A stretch of 64,000 bases of DNA from Vicugna vicugna (lineage: Eukaryota), in the NCBI GenBank assembly GCA_013265495.1, contig MU062948.1:124001-188000 (forward strand), read 5' to 3'. Shown piece by piece: positions 22,441 to 35,109 of the stretch; positions within the stretch are counted from its first letter, which is position 1; the number at the start of each line of letters is the position of its first letter. The position numbers were made by a program, and so were the translations under genes. The notes below the pieces were generated by a model, which was given only the letters and a program-made list of their open reading frames with translations, was not told the origin of the DNA and searched no databases.

Positions 22441-24428
22441 ACATTTTATTATCATTCATTGTAACTGGCTTCCTTTGTGATTTTCTCTGCAGTTTATTTT
22501 ATGCATTTTTAAAAGTTTGAGTTCTGCCACTGATTAGTTGCTTGACCTAGAGCAAATTACTACCCCTTGTTTCTTCATTTATAAAATGGGAATTTAAAAA
22601 TCCACCTTGCAGGGTTGTTGGGAGAATGAAATGTGACAATTTCTGTAAAGACCGTCAAGCACCAGGCTCATAGTAGGAATCCAAGAAAATGTTCTTTCCA
22701 TTGCCTGTCTCCCAAAACCCTTATGATTATAAACTTCTTAATGAATTTCCAGATAATAATCAGCATACCACGTTACCACATTTTCCAGACCTGACCAGTG
22801 TTGTTAAATCTTAATTGTAGCTACTGCTAAAAATACCTATGCCAGTTGCTTAATCTGACTTTGACCTTGAAATATTTAAATACTGACAGTGTGTTTGGGA
22901 GCCTAGTTCCAGTTTTGATTAGCGTTTTCTGAATAGCTTTGGGTACATAATTTATTGTTTCTATATATAACTTTGCTCCCTTTCTTTTGAGTAACCTTTG
23001 GCACATAAGTTCAAATATAATTTATAATTGAGACGGTGATTAAGACAAGAATGAAGTGATTAGGTATTTTTCTAGAAAGTATTCATGAGAAACATTACTG
23101 TCTTAATGATTAAATTGTACTTGATGAACCCCATATTTTGTTGGTGTTTGAAGTAGTCCCTTGTTAATTAGGCTCCTTTGAAATCATTACCCTTTGTGCG
23201 TCTATTTGATATCAGCAATGTGTGACATAATAAGTAGCCAGGCTATCCAGTGTTCAAAGGTCAGTGCATGATAAATCAGGAAGTACCTACCAAATCCCTA
23301 CTTTTCTATCAATTCCTTGAAGGTGAAGATTGTGTAATTTTTATTCCTCCCAGTTTTGGATAATTTGGAGAAATTATCTAGAACATATGCAATTCAGTGA
23401 CATGTCTTCAAAATTTTTAAAGCAGGATAAGAAAACCCCAAATTACAAACAGGTTATTTTACAAAGGTTTCCCTTATCTTAACATAGTTTTCTATAGAAA
23501 TGTAGGTGTATGTTTCTTTAGAAATAATAGTATGAATAGAAACTATAATATAAATATATTAATAATCATACCATTACAAACTTATAACTATTGTAAGTAT
23601 GTAATATTTATAAGAAAATGTCATATTAAATATATAACATATTGTTTCCAAGCTTGCCTATAAACTCCAGTTGAGCCCATAATAAGTAAAGCTACCAGAT
23701 TGCTGCTTTATTTTGAGCATCATTACATATATTTTAATATATGACAAGATTCTTAAGGATTATCACTAGGCTAGGTTTCCCTTCCAAACAAATCTTTGAT
23801 TCACAGCCACTGTTTAAATCCCCAAGCAGGATGCTGAGCCTGGACTAGGGGGATAAAAGAGAGATGAAGGCAGAGGGGATGCCTATGAGCAGATTCTGAT
23901 GGCAGGAAAGGAGACTCAGAGACTTTAGTTTGCACTTACCTGGCTCCCAGGAAATAATGTTAAAAACAGCCTCTGCCAAAGTTAGTCCTTTTCATTTATA
24001 ATGTGTTTTCATGAACATCAGGCATGTATAACCTGGGGCCCATGGGGATTCTATTGGATCTATGAAAGAAGTCCTAGAGTCTGACTCCTCTGAAATTGTA
24101 GGCAAAGTCTAGGCATATGCACATTTCTCTGGAGAGGGCAATTCTCAAAGGGCTCTGTGACTCGAACAAGTTAGGAGCCCAAGAGCCCAGTCACAGTTGC
24201 CCCCCCGCCACAGCCACATGGCAAGGGGGATAGTATGAGCATTAGCACCTCAGGATCCTCCCTCAATCCAAGGCCCTGGGTAACAGGTAGTGGCTGCACA
24301 AAGTTCACCAACCAGCTGCCCAAGCAATTGGGAGTCAAAGTACGTAGGAGCAGTGAGCAGGACAGCTGGCTGGTGAGAAGAGGACTAGGAGAAGGAGGAA
24401 TGAGGTGGAGAGAATTCCCATGGGGTAA

Positions 24429-24430
<2 letters not shown>

Positions 24431-24479
<49 letters not shown>

Positions 24480-24500
24480 AAGCGAGAGAAGAGAAAGAGG
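24431..24500. repeat. Compound (TG)17 / (GA)n microsatellite
   Basis: Direct reading. Confidence 0.95.
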
Positions 24501-25002
24501 AAATCAAGTGGGATTGAAGGAATGAGAGAAACCTGAAAAAATGGCAAGGCTACAATTTTTATCTAAGGGCTACAAAGAAATGCCTATAAAAGGCACAGGC
24601 ACTCCCTCCAGGAGCCCTTACTCTTGCTGGGGCATGGGGATGGAGAAGTTAGGATAAACTCATAGTTGGACGGGTGGTAAGTGTTATTTTGTGGATCTGT
24701 CCATATCTCGCAGTCATCTCAGTGTGCAGAGTAGGGGCTCCATAAACATGTTGTTCTGACATCATGTAGACCGCAGACACCATGAGGATAAAAATGGAAT
24801 AAGTGATCAGCATGTGGCCCTGCTCACTGCACAGGTGCTTAAAGAGGAGAGAATAACTGGGGAAGGGCCAGAGGAGAGAGCTTTCCTGCACCAGAAAAGA
24901 GAAGCAATACTTTTACAAAGCAAAGATGCAGTAGAGTCAATGTTTAGACAAATATTGGGGACAAGAGTGATATCTGTCTGATTAAAACTCAGGGAATAAG
25001 GT

Positions 25003-25170
25003 GGGGAGGGTATAGCTCAGTGGTAGAGTGCGTGCTTAGCATGCTTGAGGTCCTGGGTTCAATCCCCAGAACCTCCATTAACAAATAAATAAATACCTAA
25101 TTACCTCCCCCTGCAAAAAAAAAAAAGTTTATTAAAAAACCAACTAACCAATAAGCCCCATTTAAAAAAC
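25003..25170 (+). mobile_element. Camelid tRNA-Ala-derived SINE (Vic-1-like) with extended tail
   Basis: ggggagggtatagctcagtggtagagtgcgtgcttagcatg...ggttcaatcccc with A and B boxes, then an AT-rich segment, C-run and A-tail. TSD core TCAGGGAATAA at 24989-24999 and 25175-25185. Confidence 0.88.
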
Positions 25171-26149
25171 AAAATCAGGGAATAAAAACAGGAAGGGAGC
25201 CCTTTGAGTCCAAACCCCTGCTGTGACGGTAGAGATGCTATGTCCATCCACACAGGAAGCTGGGGGCTGAACTCAGCTCTCTTGACCTCTAGACTTTAGG
25301 ATTTTTCCACTACTCCACACTGCTTTGCTGGAAAGTAGTTGGGAGTCAGGCTGAATAAGGTGGGCCTGTGTAGCCAGGCATTATATCCAGTAATGAGTTT
25401 GGGGCATTGCAAATCTAAGGTATGGTCCCCAGCAGAGGAGAATCATAGAAGAGGCAGCAGCCAACAACGGAGGGAAGCTAATCACAGGTTTCCACAGTGA
25501 AGAAAGAATTAGTTCCATTCTGCAATCAGCAAACATCTAATGGTTTGGCAAGTACCCAGCATTAGAATGAAAACTTTGGCACCTGGGGATTTAAAGTAAA
25601 TACTCAAGTTAACCAGGGCATGCGGCGGTGAGGCTCAGACCTCCTTGATAGCAGCCACCCGCACCTAATGGATGCTGGGTGTCTGCCAAACATTCATGAG
25701 TATTAAAAACACGTTCCAGCCACAGCACAGAAAGCATCTGTCTATCAACAGGGTGTCTTGGGGTGCACAGGGCAATGTCTCGTGCTGGGTGTGTAAGTAG
25801 AGAAATGATGACCAAGCAAAGAAGTCTTATCACTCATTATCTTACAACTCTGTGACCCAGGACTTTTCACCAAGCCTTACAAGATGACGTTGCCTGAAAT
25901 ACAAGCTTCATGACACGGCCTTCCACCATTGCAGACAACCTGTGTTCCCATTTCTAAGATTCGCTTGATGGCAAATCCATCATTTTAACCATTTTTAGCC
26001 ATTGCTAGATAATGTTTAGAATGGCTGCCAGCTTTTCCTTGATAATGGTCACGGCGACTGAATCATAGGCTTCTATGACAGCTCAGTTGACAGAAAAGGC
26101 AGATCATCAGGCCATCAACATAGTTTTCTGTCTTAAAGGCAGAGCCCTT

Positions 26150-27900
26150 AGGGTTCAGGGTGTTTTTTAGGTATGATTTACATACAGTGAAATGCACTGT
26201 GCATCAGTCTAAGTTGGATGAGATTTCATGAAGACATATCACCCCAAGTTACCCATGTTCCTATGAAGTACACATTTCTATCACCCCGGGAAGTTCTCTC
26301 ACGCTCCCTAATAGTCAAGCTCTGCCCCTACCCCAGTCAATCAGCGTTCTGGGTTCTAGCACCATAAATCAGGTCTGCCTGTTCCAGAACTTCATATAAG
26401 TGGAATCATGAATATATACTATTTTCCTGCCTGGCTGTTTCACTTGACACACCATTCTTTGATATGTGTCCATGTTGTTGTGTGTCAGTAGTTCATTCTT
26501 TCTATTGTTGAGCAGTATGCCATTGTACAAATATAGCACAACTTATTTATCTATTCTCCCGTTGATGGACATTTGGATTGTTTTCCAAATTTTGAAAATT
26601 ATAAATAAGGCAGTTATGAACACGCTTGTACTATTATTTGTGGACATATATTTTCATTTCTTTTAAGTAAACACATAAAAATGGCTTTATGGGACATAGG
26701 TTAGAAGTTCATTTAACTTTATAAGAAAATGTTAAACAGTTTTCCAGAGGGGTGGTACCATTTTATATTTGCACCAGCCATGTATGAAGGTTTCAGTTGC
26801 TCCACATTCTTACCAGCATTGGGTGGTGTCCATATTTTTCATTTTCGCCATTCTAGGAGGTGTGTATTGGTGTCTCATTATGATTTCAATTTGTTTTTGC
26901 ATGATGAAAATCATATTGAGCACTTTTATGTATGTTTATTGACTCTTTGTGTGTGTGGTATGTCTTGTTGAGTCTTTGAATTTTTTGCTAAATTTCAGCT
27001 AAACTTTTTGCTAAAAATTAGCAAAATCTTTGCCAATTTTGGGGGCATTAGGATGTTTTGTCTTTTTGTTACTGATTTGCTGGAGAACTTTATATAGCAT
27101 TGTGAATATTTTCTCCCCATCTGTGACTTGTCTCTTCATTATTTTTTGATAAGCAGAAATTTTTAATTATCGTCAAGTCCAGTTTATTGGACTTGTTTTT
27201 TTCCTTTATGGTTAGTGCATTTTGTGTTCTTGCAAAGAATGTTTTGTCTACACCAATTTGCACAGATTGTGTGTTTTCTTCTAGAAACTGTATAGTTTTA
27301 GCTTTTATGTTTAGATGGATGATCCATATTGAATTATTTTTTTCTGTATCATGTGTGGTAAGGATCAGGTTTTTTTTTTTTTTCCGAATGAATATCCAGT
27401 TGTTGAAGCATTATTTATTGAAAAGGTTTTCCTTTGCCCACTGAATATCCTTGGTGCCTTTATCCAAAAAAATCAATAGCTACATGTCTGCCTGCTTGTT
27501 TCTGGACCCATCATTCACTTTCAGAGTTCCTTTTTCTACCCTTATGCCAATTTCAAGCTATCTCTGTTACTGTAGCGTTTTAGTAAGTTCTCTATGTCCA
27601 AGATTGCTTTGGCTATTCTAAGTTCCTTGCATTTACTTATAAATTTTAGAATCAATCTGTCCATTTCTACCAAAAAGCCCACTGGGATTTTGACTGGGAT
27701 TGCATAGAACCTAAAGAAAAATTTGAGAGCTGACAACAATATTGTACCTTCTAATTCATAAATGTCTCTCTACCTATCTAGGTTTTCCTTACTTTTCCTC
27801 AGCAGTGTTTTGTAGTTTTAGGTGTAGAGATTCTATACATTTTCCATTAGATTTATCCCTAATTATTTTATGTTTCTGATGCAATTATAAATTATTTTGT
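26150..27900 (-). mobile_element. Old L1 (L1M) ORF2 3' part and 3' UTR
   Basis: Antisense L1 hallmarks (gttgatggacatttgg, ttaagtccatttctac, ttgactgggattgcatagaa). Confidence 0.85.
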
Positions 27901-28946
27901 AAGTTCATAGTCCATGTAGGTCTCTTTATCTTCCTTTTTTTTTTAAATATAATTGTCCTAAGCATTTGCTCTACATACATTGAGTACTACATCAGATGAT
28001 GTGTAAGTTTTGGTTAAACCAGCAGATGTGATTTCTCATGAAGAGAAAGAGAATCCATGAGAAACAAGTGGCATTCATTGGTGGCACTTCTAAGGGAGCA
28101 TATCAGACGTGGCAGACTCAGTGCTGTGGGCCTTTGGACTTCCTCCAGGCCTTTTCCTTTTCCTCCTTCCTGCAGGGCAGCTCAGGGTTTACAGATGGAG
28201 CAGTCATGAGGATAGATGAGAGAGCCAGAAGGATCTCTGGTCTCTGCAGGCATCATGAAGCTGCCATACCTACCACCCCGGTGTACCTACCTGTAGGCTT
28301 CTTGCTATGAGAAAAGTAAAAACCTATTTGGTTACAACAGTATTGGAGGGGATGGGAAATACCTGCCCTGCCAGGGTTTTGGATTCAGTGGGTTTGTGGT
28401 AGTGCCCAGGAACCTGCATCTTTAACTCCAAGTGACTCCCAGGCCAGTAATCCAGAGATCCTCCTGAGGAAACTCTGCTTTGGCAGATGCAAATAGGAAA
28501 TTCAGTGACACCTGGGGAGAAGGGACGAGGAGCATCACAAACCTGAGGAGTGACAGCAAGTCAAGCCACAAATCGCCAGGGGCGCATAAAGGCTCACAAA
28601 TGATTGTTCAGGCTTCGTATTTTGATCCACCAACATGACCCCTGAGTTTTCTAACTTATGAGACATCACAGAGAAAAGAGAACTGATGGTAAAACTAGAT
28701 ATTGCTTTTAGCAAATTCAGTCACCTCAGTCCTCATTTGGCTTTATTATGAAGTCCTACTGAGTAGCGGAAATGAGAGCGTTTTCTTCCTGAGAATTGTT
28801 GCTCTATAAAATATTGACTGGGGTGCCCCACACCGAGAACTGTCAGACCTAGTGCATTCTCCTAAGTGCAGTTCACCACTTCCCTGTCTAAGAAGCAACC
28901 CTAAAGGTAATAAATGGATGCCTTCTCTGTTTAAATAAGTAAATGA

Positions 28947-29066
28947 TTTTTTTTACATTTTTTATTGATTCATAATCATTTTTCAGTGTTGTGTCAAATT
29001 CCAGTTTTCAGCATGTTCAGCACAATTTTTCAGTCATTCATGGACATATACACACTCATTGTCACA
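28947..29066 (-). mobile_element. Very short 5'-truncated young L1 3' end flanked by an 88-bp duplication
   Basis: T-tract then ttttttattgattcataatcatttttcagtgttgtgtcaaattccag (antisense L1 3' terminus). Duplicated flank at 28863-28950 and 29067-29154. Confidence 0.8.
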
Positions 29067-30277
29067 TAAGTGCAGTTCACCACTTCCCTGTCTAAGAAGC
29101 AACCCTAAAGGTAATAAATGGATGCCTTCTCTGTTTAAATAAATAAATGATTTTAATTGTCAATATCAGTGCAAAAAAAATTCTCATTTGTTTCTTTCTG
29201 AGAGTATCTTGTTTATGGACAGCCCCAATTCTAATTTTTAAAGATGACAAATCTCTTGCTAAAACAAATCCAACGTATAATAGCCTGTTCTTCCAGGAAA
29301 GATACTATGTTATTGTTCCTTTCCTTCGTAAAATAGCAAGCTCCCTAGTGAATTTACAGTTGGGCTTTACTGAGACATAGTATTAGAATTCTCAAACGGA
29401 AAAGTATTTTATCCAAAGTGTGTGTAGCAAATAGAAAATAATTGCAGTGGAGCTCTATCTTATGCAGGAGTCAGGCACCTAACACTCATAACACTCAGAT
29501 GTAGACATAAATTAACTTTGGAAATCTCTTAAACCATCTATGCAGTATAGCACCAACAGCAGTGGTTTCTGGTTTTCAGTGACAGGAATGTTTAAATACA
29601 GAACCCATTCTTTCATACTTTCAGGGCTAAAAAGGAGGAGCTGACAGGAGCTGACTGAGCCGTAGGCTGAGATTCCCCATGTCCGCTGGGAGCAGAGGAT
29701 TCAGAGGAAAAGAACAAAATCATGGCACCCCAGGGGTTCAGCCTGGTGGGGAAGACAGAGCAGAAAACAAGTGATTACAATGAGGTAGGTGCTGTGGGGG
29801 AGTTACAGACAAGCTGCATCATGGACCATAAAGGAGCGAGCTCTGAACTTGGCTCGAGCTGAGCTGAGCTAAGCCAGGGCTAAGCCAGGGCGAAGGGGAC
29901 GCAGCCAGGGCAGACACCTGAGAGCAGGTGCTGGCATCGCAGCCACATTTGGGAGGGTGGTGTAAACATGGCTGTGTGTGTTGCCAGTGGAAGCAAGAAG
30001 CGAGATGAGGACGTTTCCCACGGCTGGAGCACACTGTGCCTCAGGAAAGTGGCCAGATATCCCGTAAGAGACAGTTAAGGCCCATTGCATAAAAAGCCTC
30101 AAACACAATGCCGAGGACTTTTAACTTTATTTTAAAAACAATGAGTAGTCATTAAAGGACACCAAGCAGAAAAATTGACTAGACATGCATTTAAGAAAAT
30201 GTACTCTGATTGATCAGATTTGGTATTTATGATCATTTCTGTAAAGCACTTAGTAATAGAACCTTGGTCAGTAACTT

Positions 30278-30877
30278 TGAAGGAGAAATAATAAAATGGC
30301 CTTGCTTAGGCTAACTAATTCTTGGCCTTATGCCTACTGCTTGCTTTTAGAGCAGTCAGCAAATCTGACTGACCGGACACTGCTCCCAGCCCCAGGCCCA
30401 CTGTTAGAGTTAGAGCTATTGATTTCCCTGTTTGTTTTGCCTTACTCCAGTAATTGAAATTTACAGTCCTGTTTGGATTTTGAGTCATTAACCCAGTAAG
30501 GGAGTCACGGGAGAATGACCAGACCCTCCAAAGTTCCTCCTGGCGCCTGATGAATCTGATCAGAAAGAGATCATGGGCTGATAACCCTCCAAACCTTACC
30601 AGACGGCCCCATGACCCTGGACAGACACGCCAAGATTCTGAAGGAAGCTTTATCAGAGACTTTTGTTAATTAATACCCCCCTTTTCGCCCCAGTTTGTTC
30701 ACTATATAATCACTGAGCCCCAACCCTAAGGCGGGTGCACAGTTTTGAAGGCATTAGCCTGCTGTGAGTCCTCTTTGCCCAGCAAAGAAATAAAGCTGCC
30801 TCTTTTCTTCTAAGCTCCAAGACCTCGTCTCTGAGTTATTTGGCTCGTCAGGGACAGGGGCCGATCTTTCAGCAACA
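30278..30877 (+). mobile_element. Young ERV1-type solo LTR (600 bp)
   Basis: Termini TGAAGG...GCAACA; 4-bp TSD ACTT at 30274-30277 and 30878-30881; TATATAA at 30703-30709; AATAAA at 30789-30794. Confidence 0.9.
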
Positions 30878-32031
30878 ACTTCACACCCTAATATGACCAC
30901 TCTGAGTTCTTTATATTTCCTCTGAAATTGGCATCCCAAAACAAAGATGACTTCCTATGCAACCCATGTATTTTTCTGACTCTCCTTCCTTGGGTCATTA
31001 TGATGCCTTGGAGTCTGCTCTTTGAATCCAAGACATCAGTGTAAAAATAATTTAATAAAAACTATCCACTTTTTTTTTCATTTATTTATTTCCCAAGGCC
31101 CGTTTTTAGCTGAATCTTATACAGAAAAAATGTTATCAGGGACCACCACAGAGTACTTTAAATGCAAATGATAACTAATGTTGAAGACAATGAAAAGATA
31201 AGCCCAAATCTCTAGTCACTAAAGCAATATTTCCGTTATGACATTGATTGTATTAGTCCATGCAGGGGAAATTTAGAACCAAAACCAGTTATAAAGGAAC
31301 CAGTTTGAAGGACAGGAATCCTGAATAATTATTCCATCTGCCCAGAGGCCATGCAGGACAGCCAGCTTACCTTTATTTGTTTACCCCATAAATTTGTATT
31401 TACTGAAGGTAAGGCCACAAATGGACAAATCATCTCTAAACTGAACGTACTTTAAAGTAGAACCTGAAATTCAAACTTCAGACCGTAGCTTACATCTTCC
31501 TTGGCTCCTCTGTTAATTGGCTGTGCAGCGTACTGCAGTGGTTGAGAGCTGATAGCTACAGAACTGGACTAACAGGGTGCAAATTCCAGCTGTGTGATCT
31601 TGGGTACCTCCTCTAACCTTCCTGAGTCTTCATTTCCTCATCTATAAAACTGGGAGAAATGGTAATGCAGCTTACCACTCCCAGTTACTTTTACGGGGTT
31701 GCTCTAAGGGTTAAGTGAGTCAATAGATGCACAGTAATTAAAACCATGCTTTCTTATACTAAACATTATTTATGAATTTATTCCTGTTATTGGTATTATC
31801 TTTTACTTCTGATCTGGACAACTAACTGTCTACTCTACTTTTGGTAAAAGCCAAAAAACTATTTTTAAAGTTACAGAAAAATTTCTAAACAAATGACTAT
31901 TTGCATGATTATTCTCCTGAAAATCAAACAAGGCAATATGCTTGGATGAAAATATAATAGATTTTTCTAGGATATATCCCCCCAAACTAATGCTTGACCC
32001 TATTTAATGATCTCTTATGAAGTGAGTTTGG

Positions 32032-32170
32032 ATTTTTTTTTTAGCTTTTTTTGGGGGGGGTATAATTAGGTTCATTTATTTAATTAATTATTTGATGGAT
32101 GTCCCGGAGATTGAACCCCAGACCTTGTGCATGCTAAGCATGCACTCTACCACTTAGCTATACCCTCCCC
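32032..32170 (-). mobile_element. Vic-1-like SINE (copy B of tandem pair)
   Basis: Reverse complement reads ggggagggtatagctaagtggtagagtgcatgcttagcatgcac...ggttcaatc, then an A-tail. Confidence 0.88.
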
Positions 32171-32316
32171 ATTTTAAAAAGTTTTTCTGTTGTTGTTGGG
32201 GGGATGTAATTAATTTTACTTACTTATTTCTTTTTAGAGGAGGTACTGGGGGTTGAACCCATGACCTCATGCATACTAAACATGCACTCTACCCCTTGAG
32301 CTATATCCTCCTCCCT
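32171..32316 (-). mobile_element. Vic-1-like SINE (copy A of tandem pair)
   Basis: Reverse complement reads gggaggaggatatagctcaaggggtagagtgcatg...gggttcaacccccagtacctcc, then an A-rich tail. Confidence 0.85.
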
Positions 32317-32384
32317 TGAAATGAGTTTGGTATCAACAATATTTCAAAACAACTGGAACATCTTTGGGTGAATCAAAACTGGGT

Positions 32385-33170
32385 TTTTTTAAATTGAAGT
32401 ATACTTTATTTACAATGTTGTGCTAGTTTTAGGTGTACAGCAAATTGATTCAGTTATATAACATATGTATTCTTTTTCAGACTCTTTTCCATTATAGGTT
32501 ACTATAAAATACCCCTGTGCTAAGGTCCTTGTTGCTTATCTGTTTTATATGTAATAGTTTGTATCTGCTAATCCCAAACTACTAATTTATCCTTTCCCTC
32601 CTTTCCCCTTTGGTAACCAAAAGTTTGTTTTCTATGTCTGTGAGTCTGTTTCTGTTTTGTAAATAAGTTCATTTCTATCATTTTCTTAGATTCCATATAT
32701 AAGTGATATCATATGGTATTTGTCTTTCTCTGTCTGACTTAATTCACTTAGTATGATAATCTCTAAGTCCATCCATGTTGCTCCATATGCCATTATTTCA
32801 TTCTTTTTTTATAGCTGAGTAATATTTCTGTATATACCACATCTTCTTTGTCCATCATCTGCCAATTAATGGATAAAGGTTGCTTCCATGTCTTCACTAT
32901 TGTAAATTCTGCTGCTGTGAACAATGCGGTGCATGTATCCTTTTGAGTTAGAGTTTGCGTCTTTTTTGGTTTTATGCCCAGGAATGGGATTGCTGGATTA
33001 TATGTTCTTTTAAGGAACCTCCGTACTGTTCTCCACAGTGGCTATACCAATTTACATTCCAACCAACAGTGTAGGAGTGTTCCCTTTTCTCCGCTCTGTC
33101 TCCAGCATTTATTATTTGTAGACTTTGATGATGACTGGTGTGAGGTGACACCTCATTGTAATAAAGCTAA
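32385..33170 (-). mobile_element. L1 3' end (L1MA-like / cetartiodactyl L1)
   Basis: tttttttaaattgaagtatac...tttacaatgttgtgctagttttaggtgtacagc, tccatccatgttgc, cccaggaatgggattgctgga. Confidence 0.88.
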
Positions 33171-33671
33171 TTTTTAACAGAAATAATTGTCTGGGGACCT
33201 GTGCTGGGGCAATGACAGCATCATAGGATTATAGGTCCAGACACATGCTCTGCAGCCTGTTATCCAAGTGAACAGACTAGAATAAAGAATTTTCTTTTTT
33301 TTAACTTTTACTTTTCTAAGCTATGTTAAGGCACCCACCAGAGGTATGGAAAATATTGCCAGCTGCCTTGCAATATTCTCTTTCTTTTCCGATTATTGAG
33401 TACATGTATAGTCACATTGAAAATTTATATTAATTATAATTAATTTATATAATTATTAATTTATACTGTATCTAGACTTTTGTTACCTTTACTTTATCCC
33501 AGAGGTCTAAAGATTTTTAAATATGCATATATCTATCATAAAAGACTCCATATATGTTAATTCACTTATTTTTAAACTGTGTATGCACATCGTATCATAC
33601 TCCTATGTTATGCACATTATAAGCAAAGATAGAACTTTACAAAGAATGAGTTAAAATATTTGTGAAATATC

Positions 33672-34103
33672 TGCATTAGTTTCCTATTGCTGCTTGTACC
33701 AACTACCACAAACTCAGTTGCTTACAACAACACAAATTTGATCTCTTATAGTTCTAGAGGTCAGAGTCTAAGATTGAGATGAGGATGGGGCTGGAGACTT
33801 CAGAGGAGAATCCATTTCCTTGTCTTTTCCAGCTTCTAGAAGCCAACTACATTCTGGCGCCTTCCTCACATCATTCCAACCTCTTGCTTCTGTTTGCACA
33901 TCTCCTACAATTCGCTTTGATCCACTTATCTCGTCTTCTAAGGACCCTTGTTATTCCTTTGGGCCCACCCAGATAATCCGGGAAAATCTCCCCATCTCAG
34001 CATCCTTAACTTAATCACACCTGCAAAGTCCCTATAACATATTTCCAGGTTCTGGGAATTAGGACTTGGACATACTTGAGAACCCAGTGTTCAGCCCACC
34101 ACA
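33672..34103 (-). mobile_element. MLT1C/D-like LTR
   Basis: tgcattagtttcctattgctgc...aactaccacaaactcag...ttcagcccaccaca. Confidence 0.85.
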
Positions 34104-34559
34104 AAGTCTACTGTTTCTGAAAATCGCTCATGTCGCATGAACCTTGCTTTAGAGATGACCCATCTGGACACCCCCAAGGGGCCAAGTCCAGGGAGCTTCA
34201 CCAGAAAGTCCTCCTGGACCATCCTATTTTAGGCCATAAAGTCCTGACAGACTAAACACATATTGTTATTCGTGTAATATGTTAGTACTCAGGGAGAAAA
34301 ACAACAAAAGCAGTAGACACCAGAAGAGGGTGGATTCTCTCAGAACCCTTTCCCGGTGTAACCACATGAGATGTTCAAGTCTGTGGGGTCTAGATCTTTG
34401 AGCGCAGGATGGCTCAGCTGAAATCCTGGATCTAGCATGGTTGGGGAGGTCAACATCTTCCATGGTTCCTATCACCTTTGGAAGAAGTCCAACTCCAGCA
34501 TTGCCCGCCCACAAGCCATTCAGGAGCTGACCCACGTCTCTCCGTCATCCTCTCCTTGA

Positions 34560-34573
34560 GCGCCACCTAGTGG
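34560..34573 (-). promoter_or_regulatory. CTCF consensus site
   Basis: Minus strand CCACTAGGTGGCGC. Confidence 0.65.
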
Positions 34574-35109
34574 TACTTTAGGTGCTAGCCCAAAGTCCGT
34601 TTAGTTGTTCAATCACACTGAGTTCCCTCTACTCTAAAGACCTTTGTCTGCGAACAGACTCCTTTAAGGGATTCATCCTACCTCATTGCTTTAGTGAAAC
34701 ATCCTGTCGGATTGTGGGTTCTCCTATCTACCCTCTTTGTAACTTCAGTGATTCTATATCCATTCTAGAGAGGAAGGGCTATGTAATTGGAGGAGCTCTA
34801 TGCAAAATGAAAAATGAGGGGTCCCTTGTTAAAAAAAATTATTAGGAATTTCAAGACAGCAACAGCAGAGTGTTAAACCAAGCACAGGGCCCTTTTAAGC
34901 CCCCGGCCGTGTGCTGCAACTGCATAGGTGTCACACCCATGGAGCTTCACATCCTTGACCCTCGGGGTGGGTCTTCTAATGACATTTAGGACAGAAACTC
35001 ATCTGTAGTCAGTGCCCCCTACACACTGGCACCCAAAAATGACAAATGAGTAGATATACAAATGAATTAATGAGCAATACTGAAGACAGTTTCTATTTTA
35101 CAGAAGATT

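Noticed and set aside
25003-25077. tRNA-Ala(AGC)-like sequence (also at 32100-32170, 32240-32316 and 42891-42960)
   Set aside because: In the 25003 copy the acceptor and anticodon stems contain mismatches. All copies carry SINE tails, and TSDs are seen for the 25003 copy and the 32032-32316 pair. These are tRNA-derived SINEs, not tRNA genes. Their proximity to a tRNA-modification gene is coincidental.
28572-28586. CTCF-like CGCCAGGGGCGC
   Set aside because: One base short in the G-run, so the core cannot be aligned to the consensus.
34266-34845. Short ORFs around the CTCF patch, considered as a pseudogene fragment
   Set aside because: No recognisable parent protein, poly(A) tail or TSD.
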